Shown here: piece by piece, positions 25,354-38,821 of the stretch
Numbering within the stretch: the first letter of the stretch is position 1
Layout of the letters: each line of letters begins with the position of its first letter
Assembly (NCBI GenBank): GCA_964016885.1
Contig: OZ024744.1
Location: forward strand, 97,774,001-97,838,000
Source of the DNA: Eledone cirrhosa
Lineage: Eukaryota
Length of the DNA stretch: 64,000 bases
Reading direction: 5' to 3'
Notes under the pieces: generated by a model
Seen by the model: only the letters and a program-made list of their open reading frames with translations
Databases searched by the model: none
Told to the model about the DNA's origin: nothing
Made by a program: the position numbers and the translations under genes

Positions 25354-25592
25354 ATACTTTGGGAGGGTCATGTTGCCAATAAGAAACGCACGCACCAGTT
25401 GCTTTCACTTCAATTTATTATATATTTATAAATTTATAAATTTATAAATTTATAAATATATAATAAATTGAAGTGAAAGCAACTGGTGCGTGCGTTTCTT
25501 ATTGGCAACATGACCTTCCCAAAGTATAACAATATCGGTTTCAACACACGATTTCAGATAAAGAATCTTGCTAAACAAATTCAGAAACGAAA
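25349..25592. mobile_element. PLE family A terminal fold-back (3' ends only)
   Basis: Two inverted pLTR ends joined through a self-complementary (TTTATAAA)-type tract. Confidence 0.85.
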
Positions 25593-25607
25593 TATATATA
25601 TATATAT

Positions 25608-25646
<39 letters not shown>

Positions 25647-25787
25647 TTAGTTAAGCAAAACAAGACCACAAACTTCACAAGGAAGACATTATTAAAAGAT
25701 TGTCCACATATTTTAGTTTGATGTAAGGAATGTAGAGAGTAATAATAATAATATTAATAATAATAATATATATATATATATATGTGT

Positions 25788-25892
<105 letters not shown>

Positions 25893-25958
25893 GAAGAGAG
25901 AAGAAACATTTATATATAATTGGTAATAAAATGTATCATACCTAAACTGCTCCTAGAT

Positions 25959-26048
25959 TCCTCGACTACGTAGTTTCGTGGCATAAACAAAAACAATACA
26001 TCATAAAGATATAGAGTCTTTGCGAGGTCTGCCGACTTATCAAGAGGA
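25959..26048 (-). ncRNA. Decayed long-stem-II hammerhead
   Basis: TCCTC-TTGATAA-GTCGGCA...TGCCAC-GAA-ACTACGTAGT-C-GAGGA. The core carries two transitions relative to CTGATGA. Confidence 0.55.
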
Positions 26049-26355
26049 TACCTCATTTTACTAGCTTCAAGAACGCGTCTACACGACGTGAGAAAGAATC
26101 CCAAAAGGCGGAGGGGGAGATAGTCACGCGATATAACGGTCGAGAAGCAGAGCTAAGCCTCTTATAACCCCGAAGAAAATACCACGGAGGCGGAGGGGGT
26201 ATTTATATCGAAGCCGTAGAAGAGGTGGTGAAGGAGGCGAGAAGTATGAGTAATGGCAGCTTTCCAGCAGTCACCACACTTCAAAGATTACTCGACCAGA
26301 GGGAGTTATGAACAATATATTTAGAAACACACAGATATATATATTTGTGTGTGTG

Positions 26356-26442
<87 letters not shown>

Positions 26443-26572
26443 AGTTGGCGGGACTAGCATAGGTTTTACTGCGAGTACCGGCTGCATCTCAACGTAATAT
26501 TAAGTAAAATCCTAGAGTAGACACAGTTATTTGCTTCAATACAACACACGTAAATGGGTACCTTCAATCTAT

Positions 26573-26686
26573 ACCCGTCCTCGAGTTTCGGCCACACTTA
26601 ATACAGAAATAGAGTGCACAGCATCCACTGTCTGCATTTATTATGCAACAAATGCATAATCGGCGCATGTGGCTTCATCAGCGGGT
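26573..26686 (-). ncRNA. Long-stem-II hammerhead with substitution at U16.1
   Basis: ACCCG-CTGATGA-AGCCACA...TGTGGCC-GAAA-CTCGAG-GA-CGGGT. Confidence 0.6.
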
Positions 26687-27354
26687 TTCGCCTAATCAAT
26701 AACCAATCGATCGACAGAAAAAGCATCCTCGTGTGTGGGGACGCGGGCAGGAGATGGGGGTTTGATGGCCGAAGCAGTCAGTTTTATTGATTGTTTTCCA
26801 CTTGAAAGTTTTTGCCATCTTGTTCACTGAGCACAGCCATAGCTGTAAAGTTTCCTCCCTCGCCTCTCTCATCACCCAATCCTCTTTTCTTTCGTTTTTT
26901 TTTTCTTTCTTTTCCTCTCTTTTCTCTTTTTTTTTTTCATTATGCTAATGTTCGTAGAGCAGTGGATTGGCAGTATCGGTAGAGCGTCGCGGACGTCATG
27001 GTTTGCAGCATATAGTTACGGCCCTTTATGATCTGAGTGCAAATCCTGCCGAGGTTAACTTTGCCCCTTTCATCCTTACGGGGTCGATAAAATAAAGCAC
27101 CAGTAACGTACTGGGGTCAATCTAATCGCCCCAAAAAAATTTGTTGGCCTTGTGCCTATGCTAGAAATCATTATGCTAATGTTCGTAATCTGTGTGTTAG
27201 AAACAAACTATCTTGTTTGTCAAATTAGAAATAAAATAGCAACAATAAAAATTTGGTGGATTAACCAATAACTTGTTTTAATTCTTTATTTAATTCACAT
27301 GTGTGTAGAGTTTACTCCCAGAAAAGAGACACCGACGCAGAAAAGAGACTCCGA

Positions 27355-27495
27355 CGCATGGCTTAGTGGTTAGAGCATTGGGCTTGCAATCGAAAGGTTG
27401 TGAGTTCAATTCTCGGACCGGATGATGTGTTGTTTCCTTGAGCAAGGCACTTTATTTCACGTTGCTCCAGTTTACTCAGCTGTAGAAATGAGTTT
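27355..27495 (+). mobile_element. tRNA-derived SINE, family 2
   Basis: TGGCTTAGTGGTTAGAG A-box, GAGTTCAATTC B-box, then TTGAGCAAGGCACTTTATTTCACGTTGCTCCAG. Relatives at 39645-39840, 51172-51430 and 53460-53622 (-). Confidence 0.75.
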
Positions 27496-29849
27496 TGATA
27501 GGACTGGGGTCCCTATCATTAAATCACCCAAGACACCTCCAACGAGATATATCTTGGAGGAGGCCAACTAAACCTGCATAGGTGTGAGCTGTAACAAAAA
27601 AAAAAAGTTTACCCCCCCCCCCTCCTAATTTCTCCCCTTCCTTATTTATTTGATTTTTTTTTCTTTTTTCTCTTTTAAGTTTCTTCTTGTTTCTTGTATA
27701 TTATATTTTAATGCTTCTATTAGTGTACATGATGACGGAGGTGGATTGGCAGTCTCGATAGAACATCAGACACCATGCTTTTCAGCATAGAGTTATGGCC
27801 CTTTAAGTTCTGAGTTCTAATCCCGCCGAGGTTAATTTTGCCTTTCACCCTTACTGGATAGATAAAATAAATTACTAGTAATGTACTGGGGTCGATTTAA
27901 TCGACTTCCCCCTCCCCCCAAAATTACTGGCCTTGTGCCTATACTAGAAATCATTATTGTACATGACGAGGCTAGTGGATTGGCAGTATCGGTAGAGCGT
28001 CAGACACCATGCTTCGCAGTATAGAGTTACAGCCCATTACGGTCTGAGTTCAAATCCCGCCGAGGTTAACTTTGCCTTTCCTCCTTACGGGGGTCGATAA
28101 AATAAAGTACCAGTAATGTATTGGGATAATTGCTGGCCTTGTGCCAAAAGTAGAAACAGCTATTATGACGTCATCCGACGTCTTAACGAGGGAATTCGGC
28201 GCAAGAGACCGGATTTGAGGGCCTCAGAAATCTAACAACTACATCATGACAAAGCCCATTTCTCACAGACAATCACAAGATTTATGAGCAACTAAATATA
28301 TTTCGCTCATTCGCCAAGCTTCCTACTCTTCAGACATGGATCCTTCTGACTAGGTTATTCCCAAAAAATGAAAATGCCACTGAAAAGCTGCTTATGAGGT
28401 CGATAAAATAAAACACTAGTAATGTACTGGGTAATTGCTTGCCTTGTGGTAAAAGTAGAAACAATTATTTCTTTAATGCTTCTATCATTACCCAACCTTT
28501 CTACATTATTGATGCATTTTGATGAACGAGGGACTTTGTTTTCCGACAAGCAGATTACAAGCCAAACTATGTGAGGCTAATGCTGTCCTCCTGTTCTGTA
28601 TACAAACTTATGGCTTCACTTGGGGTTTGTTTGTTTTTTTCTTCCAGAATTTATTTTAAGCTAAGGGTGAGTGTTGGAATTTTTTGTTATCTGCGTAACG
28701 TTTGTGCAATATCCTTCTCTGTTTTTGAGTCGTTGGCAGCACTATGTCATATTTGTAAGCTGTGGATTGGCAGAGTCGTTAGAACGTCAGATACAATATT
28801 CGTACTTTGCTGTATTTGTTTCTGCCCTCAGCGACCGAGTTCAAATATAGCCGAAGACAATTTTGCCTTTCATGCTTTCAATGTCGATAAATAAAATACC
28901 AGTTTAATACTAGGGATCAATTCTTCTTCTATATCACTTTCTCACTTCTTCTCACTCTTTTTATTTTCCTTGAAGAAATCATGTTTTCAGACGCAGAGAA
29001 GAGACCGGCTGCACAAGGTATAAATACCCAAACCCCTTTGCCAATACATCATAGCACCCCTACGACTCTACTCGGAGTTAATGCCCTATGGCATTGCAAT
29101 TTTTGATGGCCTTTGTCATTATCCTCAAATGGATGCTGAGTCTATTGGCTGACATCGGTGATGTGAGTCTTAACACTTGAGCCAGCCTAAAAAGTCATGT
29201 TTGCAATTATCAATGCAAATTTGGCTTCTGTTGATGATGGTATAGTTGTTGTTGTTGTTTGCTTGTTTGCTGGTTTGTTTGTTGTTGTTTTTCTCGTTGC
29301 TAGGATGCTACTGCTTCTTATATTAGCAGTTAACTTCGGTGGAATTTGAACTCAGGACGTAAAAGCTGTAATTAGATGTCGTAAGACATTTTATCTGACG
29401 TTCTAACGATTCTGCCAATCAACAACCTTTAGACACCAATAATAATTATTATTTCTTATTTGGCAGTACCGGTAGAGGGTCGGACGCCATGCTTTGACAC
29501 ATAGAGTTACGGCCCTTTCCATTCTGAGTTCAAATCCCGCCGAGGTTAACTTTGCCTTTCATCCTTACGGGGTCGATAAAATAAAGTACCAGTAATACAC
29601 TGGAATAATTGCTGGCCTTGTGCCAAAAGTAGAAACAATTATTTCTTATTTAGGCACAGGGTCAGCAGTTTGGGGAAGAAAAGAAAGTCCATTAAAAGCG
29701 ACCCCAGTATTTGACTGGTACTTTTATTTTATCAACTTCAGAATGATGAAAGACAAAGTTGTCTTCGATATATTTGAACTCGGAAGGTGAAGAGCTGGAA
29801 CTAAATATCATGAATCATTTTATCCGACTTTCTAACTGCAGAGACTTCT

Positions 29850-30145
29850 GGTGTCCTGCCTTGGCCCTAGTACTACCTCCCTATTCACCACCATAGGCGC
29901 TGAGCAGGGAAGCCGCAGATGTGAGCCACGCGAGATGGAATGGCTTTTCCAGCGCATCTCCCTTACCATACTCCGAGGAAACGCCTTCTCCATTCTGTCC
30001 GTCGAGGCTGTGGGGCGGCCAGCAAGTGGGACCCCATTTGTTCACTATACAGAGAGATGGGGAGGGCGAGAGAGATGGGAGCGATGACAGTGGGATCAAG
30101 AGTGCATTTTCATACTTGTGACCACGGACATTGTATGTAAAGCAT
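29850..30145 (+). pseudogene. CRE-like non-LTR retrotransposon C-terminal remnant
   Basis: WLFQRISLTILRGNAFSIL resembles the QRISxxxxRGNAxxI terminus of CRE-type elements. Confidence 0.6.
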
Positions 30146-31430
30146 TGTTCTACCTTCTTTATTCTCTTACCTCTCACCTAAATGTGGCTTCTTTCACCTC
30201 TTGTGTGTATCCACCACCATAAGCCTCCACTAATAATTGTTTCTACTCAGAATGGCAAGGGCCGTAACTCTACGCGTCAAAGCATGGCGTCCGACCCTCT
30301 ACCGATACTGCCAATCCATCGCCCTAATAATTGTTTCTATTTTTAGGCATAAGGCCAGCAAATACAGTACATTACTGGTACTTTATTTTATCGACCCCGT
30401 AAGGATGAAAGGAAAAGTCAACCTCGGCGGGATTTGAACTCAGATCATAAAGGGACGTAACTCTATGCTTCAAAGCATGGCATCCGACCCTCTACCGATA
30501 CTGCCAATCCTCCACTAATAATGATATAATTTCTACATTTGGGACAAAGCCATCAATTTTGAGTGAAAATGGAAGTCAATGCGTTACTGGTGCTTATTTT
30601 ATAGGCCAAGGTAAGGATGAAAGACAAAGTTAGTGAGGTTTTAACTTAGAACTTAAAGAGCTGGAACAAATACTGCTAAGGATTTATCCGATGCTCTAAC
30701 GACTCTGCCAATCCATCACCCTGCCTCTAGTAATGATAATGGTTTCGGATTTAGGAACAAGGCTAACAATTTGAAGAGAAGGAGAAAGTGAATTAAAGCA
30801 ATCCCAGTGTGTGTGTATTGGTGCTTAGATTATGGAATCCGTGGGGATGTCAGGCAAAGCTAACTTCGGTGGGATTTGAACTCAGAGCATAAAGGGCCGT
30901 AACTATATACCTCACCTCAAATCATCTTGTCCGACGCACTGCCGATACTTACTGCCAATCCACTGTCTCAAGTAATGACAATAAAAGTAAAAAAAAAAAA
31001 ATAAATAAATATATATATAGTTCCCTAGTCTAGTACATTAGTCAATGTACTAGACTAGGGAACTAGTGGTCACGTGTTCGTTCGACACTTGTCAACCTCA
31101 ACACACTTCACTTTTTGGCAAGGGCGGTGCCCCAGCATGGCCTCAGTCGGATGGCTGGAACAGGTAAAATAGTAAAAGAGATATATAACGGAAGCTCTAT
31201 AAAGTACACATATAAAGCACCGAAAATATCTCGACGAGATTTACGTAGAATACTTTCAATAATTTTTTTTTTTTTAATACACACAAAACAACAAAAAAAG
31301 ACAAAACAGAAATCTACACTAATTCAATGTGCACAAAACTGCACTATGTTGCTTAGGGGAAGCACACAACAAAACATAAGACTACTGAAAAATAATATCT
31401 TCAGGCTGTGCAAAGTAGAACAAAATGATT

Positions 31431-31472
<42 letters not shown>

Positions 31473-31664
31473 TTTTTTTTTCCTTTTGTAGGTCACGTTA
31501 TTTCAGAAAGTAGCTTCAATTTCATTTGTTTGGGAATAGCTGTCTTAAAACAGTCAAACACCATATATATATATATATATATATATACTCTTAGTTGTTC
31601 TACATTCCTTCACTAACGTAAAATAGCCGTCCTAAAACAGTCAACATATATATATATATATATA

Positions 31665-31797
<133 letters not shown>

Positions 31798-31798
31798 A

Positions 31799-31840
<42 letters not shown>

Positions 31841-32480
31841 TCTTATTTGTTCACTAACGTAAAATTTATCTTTCACAGAATATTTCCATTACAACTGTTA
31901 TGCCGCATTGTGTTAGTTAGACAGAAAGTTACCGCCGTTTTTTTCAAAAGGAGCTATTTTGGTAGAATTTTCTGGAAACGTAGACGGTAGCGCATGCGCA
32001 CTTATATAACAAGTGACGTTGGGATGCACTGTATTCTTTTTTTTTTTATTTTCTGTTACACCGTCAAAAGTAAAGCAACATGGATGGATCTATCCAAATC
32101 GTTTATTCGTGGCTGTTTACTTTTATGGCTTTAAATCTCGCCTAAGCATAACAGCATCCAGTCGTTGCATTAACAAAGAATTTAGCTCCCTCCCTACTCC
32201 GTCTTTTAACGCAGTGATAGGGACCGGTTCACACTCTTCCGTTCCGGTTATTACAACTTTAAAGATCGACCATGCGCATAACGTCCATCTAACTTCAATG
32301 ACGAGTAAACTCTATTGAACTGGTGGAAACCGACCCACGCCAGACATCACACGTCAACTCTCTCCGCCGCCGAAGTGCTTGGAACTCTCGGGCGGGGAGA
32401 GTTCAAAGCATGCAATATGAAAAGTGTCCAAACTGGACCAAATAGGTGACACACAATCTGACTAACTGTAATGGACTAAC

Positions 32481-32967
32481 TATGGTGGTGGTGGTGGTGG
32501 TGGTGGTCGTCGTCGTCGTCGTGGTGATGGTGTTGGTGGTGGTGTTGTTGGTGGTGGTGGTAATGGTGGTGTTGGTGGTGGTGGTGGTGGTCGTCGTCGT
32601 CGTCGTCGTGATGGTGGTGGTGGTGGTGTTGATGGTGGTGTTGGTGGTGTTGGTGTTGGTGGTGGTGGTGGTGGTGGTGGCGGCGGCGGTGCTAGTGTTG
32701 TTGGTGGTGGTGGTGGTGGTGGTGGTGGTGGTGGTCGTCGTCGTCGTCGTCGTCGTGGTGATGGTGTTGGTGGTGGTGTTGGTGGTGGTGGTAATGGTGG
32801 TGTTGGTGGTGGTGGTGGTGGTGGTGGTCGTCGTCGTCGTGGTGATGGTGGTGGTAGTGGTGGTGGTGGTGGTGGCGGTGGTGGTTCTGTGAGCAAGTCA
32901 CACACCACCACCACCACACCACCACCACCACCACCACCACCACCACCACCACCAACAACAACAACAA
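32481..32967. repeat. (GGT/GTC)n compound repeat followed by inverted (CCA)n
   Basis: Direct reading. Confidence 0.9.
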
Positions 32968-33347
32968 CTGGAATCATATACCTATACCCACTCACCACAA
33001 CACTTACAAGACGAACCTTTGTTATATCTCCGGTTACGATCTCACTTGCTTCTGAAATTACAGTCTGACCTTCCAGCAAACTCTCGCAAATGAGTATCTA
33101 CTGACTGACTCTTTGCAATTATTATAGACACCGCTCCTCTTCAACTAGGATGGTGGCTCTCTAAACGGAACCAAAGCAGATAAAGCCAGTCTTTACAGTG
33201 TAATTTACTTCTAATTCCACACATTATAAACCGCCCTTCCTCAGTTCGTTTTCTCAACCTAACCTTTCTGACCACCACTTGCAAACTTTATTTAGTCACT
33301 CCTACTTTTAAAAGGCGTTTAGTTTTGATGGTGTCTTCTGCGACTAT

Positions 33348-34235
33348 TTAACCCTTTAGCATTTAAACCGGCTATTTCCGGCTAGAATTCTCTCACCTCT
33401 CTTAGTTCAAACTGGCTGTAACTGGCCACTCATCCAGATTTATGGTATTGTTCTCAAAATAAATAACATCAAAATCTCATAGATTCGATATTAAAGGAAA
33501 TAATTATGTGAGATAAAACCTTTACCATGAAAATACAATAGGAAATATAGAGTAATGTAACTGCTATATGCGAGATAATTATGTGAGATAAAGCCTTTAC
33601 CATGAAAATACAATAGGAAATATAGAGTAATGTAACTGCTATATGCGAGATAATTATGTGAGATAAAGCCTTTACCATGAAAATACAATAGGAAATATAG
33701 AGTAATGTAACTGCTAAAGTGTTAAGGTATTGTTCTCAAAATAAATAATATCAAAATCTCATAGCTTCGATATTAAAGGAAATAATTATGTGAGATAAAG
33801 CCTTTACCATGAAAATACAATAATATATATAGAGTAATGTAACTGTTAAAGTGTTAGGGTATTGTTCTCAAAATAAATAACATCAAAATCTCATAGCTTC
33901 GATATTAAAGGAAATAATTATGTGAGATAAAGCCTTTACCATGAAAATACAATAGTATATATAGAGTAATGTAACTGTTAAAGTGTTAAGGTATTGTTCT
34001 CAAAATAAATAATATCAAAATCTCATAGATTTGATATTATGCGAGATAATTATGTGAGATAAACCCTTTACCATGAAAATACAATAGTATATATAGAGTA
34101 ATGTAACTGTTAAAGTGTTAAGGTAATGTTCTCAAAATAAATAATATCAAAATCTCATAGATTTGATATTATGCGAGATAATTATGTGAGATAAACCCTT
34201 TACCATGAAAATACAATAGTATATATAGAGTAATG
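33348..34235. mobile_element. piggyBac-like MITE (33348-33725) with tandem amplification of its right end (132-bp unit)
   Basis: TTAA|CCCTTTAGCA ... TGCTAAAGTG|TTAA. Units start at 33444, 33726, 33858, 33990 and 34122. The first unit holds two extra 75-bp internal duplications. Confidence 0.7.
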
Positions 34236-34369
34236 TGAATGGTAAACAGAAATCTACACTAATTCAATGTGCACAAAACTGCACTATGTTGCTTAGGGGA
34301 AGCACACAACAAAACATAAGACTACTGAAAAATAATATTTTCAGGCTGTGCAAAGTAGAACAAATGATT

Positions 34370-34452
<83 letters not shown>

Positions 34453-34457
34453 TCTCT

Positions 34458-34668
34458 CATGGTACTCCCCGTTTGGGTTTTTAGAGGTTAGCAGGTCTGC
34501 TATAATCAGGAAGGTGTTTATTTAAGTGGGGTCGGTGGGGGTGGGGGGTAGATAGTCGTAGAGAAAAATGTTTGAAGAGTTAGGTGAGAATATCGGCTAT
34601 TTAAAGAATGCACTTTGACACTGTTTCAAGACAGCTATGCCTAAACAAATGAAATTGAAGTTACATTC

Positions 34669-34739
<71 letters not shown>

Positions 34740-35660
34740 TCCCCCCCCCCCCTCTCTCTTTCTCCTTTTGTAGGTCACATTATTACAGAAAGTAGCTTCA
34801 ACTTCAATTTCATTTGTTTGGGCATAGCCGTCTTAAAACAGTCAAAGTACATTCTTTAAATAGCTGATATTCTCACCTAACTCTTCCACCATTTTTTCTC
34901 TACGACTATCTACCCTCCCCCACCCGACCCAATTTAAATAAAAACCTTCACAATGTGCTTCATCCTAAAATAAGGCAACCCCACTCACCTTCCTGATTAC
35001 AGCAGACTTACCAACTTCTAAAAACCCAAATGGGGAGTACCATGAAAAAAAGTGCCTCAAAACGGGGAGAAACGAGGCAAAATGGGGGAGATTTTACATA
35101 ATGAAAGCTATATCCATTTTCACAAGAGAAGACATCTCTTACTCACCCCCAACGGCTACTGCAAATCTCCCCGTCGGACGGGGAGAGTTGACAGGTCTAT
35201 TACAGATATGTAGTCTAAACTTCCCCAACAACTCGAAAGTGAAATTCATAAGCCTCCTTTAACCGTTTTAAGTATATTTCATTCCTGAGATACCAGATAC
35301 CATCAGTATGGTTCCAGTGGAACCAGATGTAATGTAGGGGTGTCTGCTTTCCTATCTATTTACTTTAGTAGCTTTGGCAAAGGAAGAAAATGTTATTGCT
35401 CTGGATATCAGCAAAAGTTTGATAATCAAAACATTCCCAAGCAATATGGCAGCTTCTCCTCATCTCTTGGATTGAAAGTTTCCTGTCAGACTGCTCAGTT
35501 AAAGCATTTGTAGGCAGCGCTCGCTCGCTTTTTTATAACACTGTAACACTACTTCAGATCTGTCAACTCTCCCCGTTGTAATAGCCTTTGTGGTGGGTGA
35601 GAGATGCCTTCTCTTGTGAAAATGAGTATAGCTTTCATTACGTAAAATCTCTCCCCATTT
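34458..35660. repeat. Cluster of long inverted repeats (34458-34670 vs 34780-35045; 35080-35195 vs 35560-35660)
   Basis: CATGGTACTCCCC.TTTGGGTTTTTAGA / TCTAAAAACCCAAATGGGGAGTACCATG and GGGGAGAGTTGACAG / CTGTCAACTCTCCCC. In addition 31304-31555 is duplicated at 34244-34380 plus 34762-34845. Confidence 0.7.
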
Positions 35661-35809
35661 GTGTCCTAGTACCAGTTGCTTGAAATCAGTGGTGCATTGG
35701 TCGAGATGCGTAGGGTGGTTCAGCAGCACACCCCTCTTCCCCCAAAAATTGTTGACGAAGAAATTTGTCATTTTTGTTGGAAAATTTACTCGTTTTTATT
35801 TACTCGTTC

Positions 35810-36600
35810 GGAAAACTAATAATTTTTGTCGGAATATTTAGTAATTTTTGTCGAAATATTTAGTAATTTTTGTCGAAAATTTAGTTATTTTTGTCGGAAA
35901 ACTAACAATTTTTGTCGGAAAATTTAGTCACTTTTGTCGGAATATTTAGTCACTTTTGTTGGAATATTTAGTCACTTTTGTTGGAATATTAGGTCACTTT
36001 TGTCGGAATATTTAGTCACTTTTGTCGGAATATTTAGTCACTTTTGTCGGAATATTTAGTCATTTTTGTCGGAATATTTAGTCACTTTTGTCGGAATATT
36101 TAGTCACTTTTGTCGGAATATTTAGTCACTTTTGTTGGAATATTAGGTCACTTTTGTCGGAATATTTAGTCATTTTTGTCGGAATATTTAGTCACTTTTG
36201 TCGGAATATTTAGTCACTTTTGTCGGAATATTTAGTCACTTTTGTCGGAATATTTAGTCATTTTTGTCGGAAAATCAGTCATTTTTGTCGGAATATTTAG
36301 TCACTTTTGTCGGAATATTTAGTCACTTTTGTCGGAATATTTAGTCACTTTTGTCGGAATATTTAGTCACTTTTGTCGGAATATTTAGTCACTTTTGTCG
36401 GAATATTTAGTCACTTTTGTCGGAATATTTAGTCACTTTTGTCGGAATATTTAGTCATTTTTGTCGGAATATTTAGTCACTTTTGTCGGAATATTTAGTC
36501 ACTTTTGTCGGAATATTTAGTCACTTTTGTCGGAAAATCAGTCATTTTTGTCGGAATATTCATCATTTTTGTCGGAATATTTATCATTGTTGTCGAAAAT
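35810..36600. repeat. 22-bp minisatellite, ~35 copies
   Basis: Unit TTTTGTCGGAATATTTAGTCAC. Confidence 0.95.
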
Positions 36601-37365
36601 TATGAGCGTCTGGAGCCCCAAAAGTGATAGGAGCAATAGGCTAACGCTTGTAATTATACTTTTAAACAGATGAATACCGTAGTACATTAGAAACCTCTAC
36701 GCTCCATTTGAATGTTTTTTCTTTGGTTTTGTTGTGGTTTATCTTCTGTATATAGTTACACGTTTTCTATGTCTTGTCTGCACTCATTTCAAAATCAATT
36801 AATTAATTCTCTCTCTGAAATAATTGTTTCTACTTTTGGCACAAGGCCAGCAATTACCCAGTACATTACTGGTACTTTATTTTATCGACCCCGTAAGGAT
36901 GAAAGGCAAAGTCAATCTCGGCGGGATTTGAACTCAGATCGTAAAGGGACGTAACTATGCTGGAAAGCATGGCGTCCGACCCTCTACCGATACTGCCAAT
37001 CCACTCTCTGAAATAATGAATTCATTTCGTGTATCATTGATTGTTGATCGGGCTAACTCGGGTACATCCACTCACGACTCGTGTTGTTATCATGTAAATA
37101 CGACATCGATAAATAAATTCCACATCTCTCTCTCACTATCTCTCTCTATCTCTCTCTATCTATCTCTCTCTATCTCTCTCTCTCTCTTTCTTACTTTCCC
37201 TCCCTCTCTCTCTCTCTTCCCCTCTCTCTCTCCCTCTTCTTCTCTCTGTCTCTCTCTCTCTCTCTCTCGTTATATATATATATATATCATCCTTACGGGG
37301 TCGATAAAATAAAGTACCAGTAATGCACTGGGTAATTGCTGGCCTTGTGCCAAAAGTAGAAACAG

Positions 37366-37424
<59 letters not shown>

Positions 37425-37587
37425 CATAATCGGAGAAAGCTAAAAGCGATACTCCGGCCAAATTCCAACTCACTCAACAAACATTAGGAAATACCTGAGT
37501 ATATTCCTAATTAAACGTTCGGGGTGCTAACTATATTGTATAGTGTGGAGAATTGGCTGTATTATTTTATATGATATATATATATAT

Positions 37588-37880
37588 ATTGTTATACTTT
37601 GGGAGGGTCATGTAGCCAATAAGAAACACATGCACCAGTTGCTTTCACTTCAATTTATTATAATAAATTTATAATAAATTTATAAATTTATAAATTTCTG
37701 GTTGGTTGGTTGGTTCCACAACCAGATAGTTGTTTATATATAGTCATAGTTCTTTCGTCACACACTCTGTGACCTCTTCAGTGACTGGGGATTCCTTTCT
37801 TTGTTTCTGTGCCTCTCCTTTGTTCTGTCCTACGCCATTTCAAGATAAAGAATCTTGCTAAACAAATTCAGAAACGAAAT
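37588..37880 (-). mobile_element. PLE family A 3' fragment with hammerhead (37742-37786) plus an inverted tail piece
   Basis: Matches 12460-12700. 37841-37880 is the long tail in + orientation. Confidence 0.85.
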
Positions 37881-37972
37881 ATATATATATATATATATAT
37901 ATATAGAAGTGGTAACGCAACAGTTAGTTCACCATAGCGAAAACAATTGTTTCACCGTAACGGATCTTCAGT

Positions 37973-38012
37973 ACGAGCTGAAGATCCGTAAAGGTGAAAC
38001 AATTGTTCTCGT
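37973..38012 (+). ncRNA. Type-I hammerhead within a fold-back element (37904-38045)
   Basis: ACGAG-CTGAAGA-TCC gtaaa GGT-GAAA-CAATTG-TT-CTCGT. A mirrored core lies on the - arm. Confidence 0.72.
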
Positions 38013-38108
38013 TATGGTGAACTAACTGTTGTGTTACCACTTCTACCTAACTCGTCCCATGGACTGAGCGTTCTACCACTACGGATATTACCTTCCAGTG
38101 TTCTACCC

Positions 38109-38206
<98 letters not shown>

Positions 38207-38253
38207 AAAAGGTAAACAGAAATAACAACACGCTTGATATAGCAGGAAGAGGG

Positions 38254-38289
38254 TCTTAACGTTTCGGACGCTAGTCGTTCATCAGAAGA
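38254..38289 (-). ncRNA. Minimal hammerhead downstream of the PLE family B ORF
   Basis: TCTT-CTGATGA-ACGA ctagcg TCC-GAAA-CG-TT-AAGA, with palindromic AACGTT. Confidence 0.65.
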
Positions 38290-38524
38290 AAGAATGAGAA
38301 ATAAGATAGATTGAGGGGACGGGCGGGATGGAATTGGAAAAAATGTCTTTAGATAAAAATAACAGGTCCATTCATGTTGACATCTCTTGCAAAACTGTTG
38401 GTGCTGGCGTTTTGTGTATGATTTATTTTTTAGAAAAGTGGATGATGGAGCGCGTCTACCTGAAATGGAAAAAAAAACGTTTTGTAAAAAGGGCTATACT
38501 TGTACACGTGCGTAAGCATGTGTT

Positions 38525-38639
<115 letters not shown>

Positions 38640-38821
38640 ATACGTCCGTACGAAGCTATGAGCAAAAGTATGTTAATATAAGAGTGTGTATGTGTGTATA
38701 CAGAGCAGTGAAGGGAAAAGTGGAGTGAGCATATATAGTCGGCATGTATTAGTTGTAAGAGAAGCTGTTAATGATCAAGAGAGAGCGATAAGAATCTAGG
38801 GGTGTGATAATGGACGGTGTA

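Noticed and set aside
32480-33079. Pro-rich or His-rich ORFs
   Set aside because: They derive from the (GGT)n/(CCA)n repeat.
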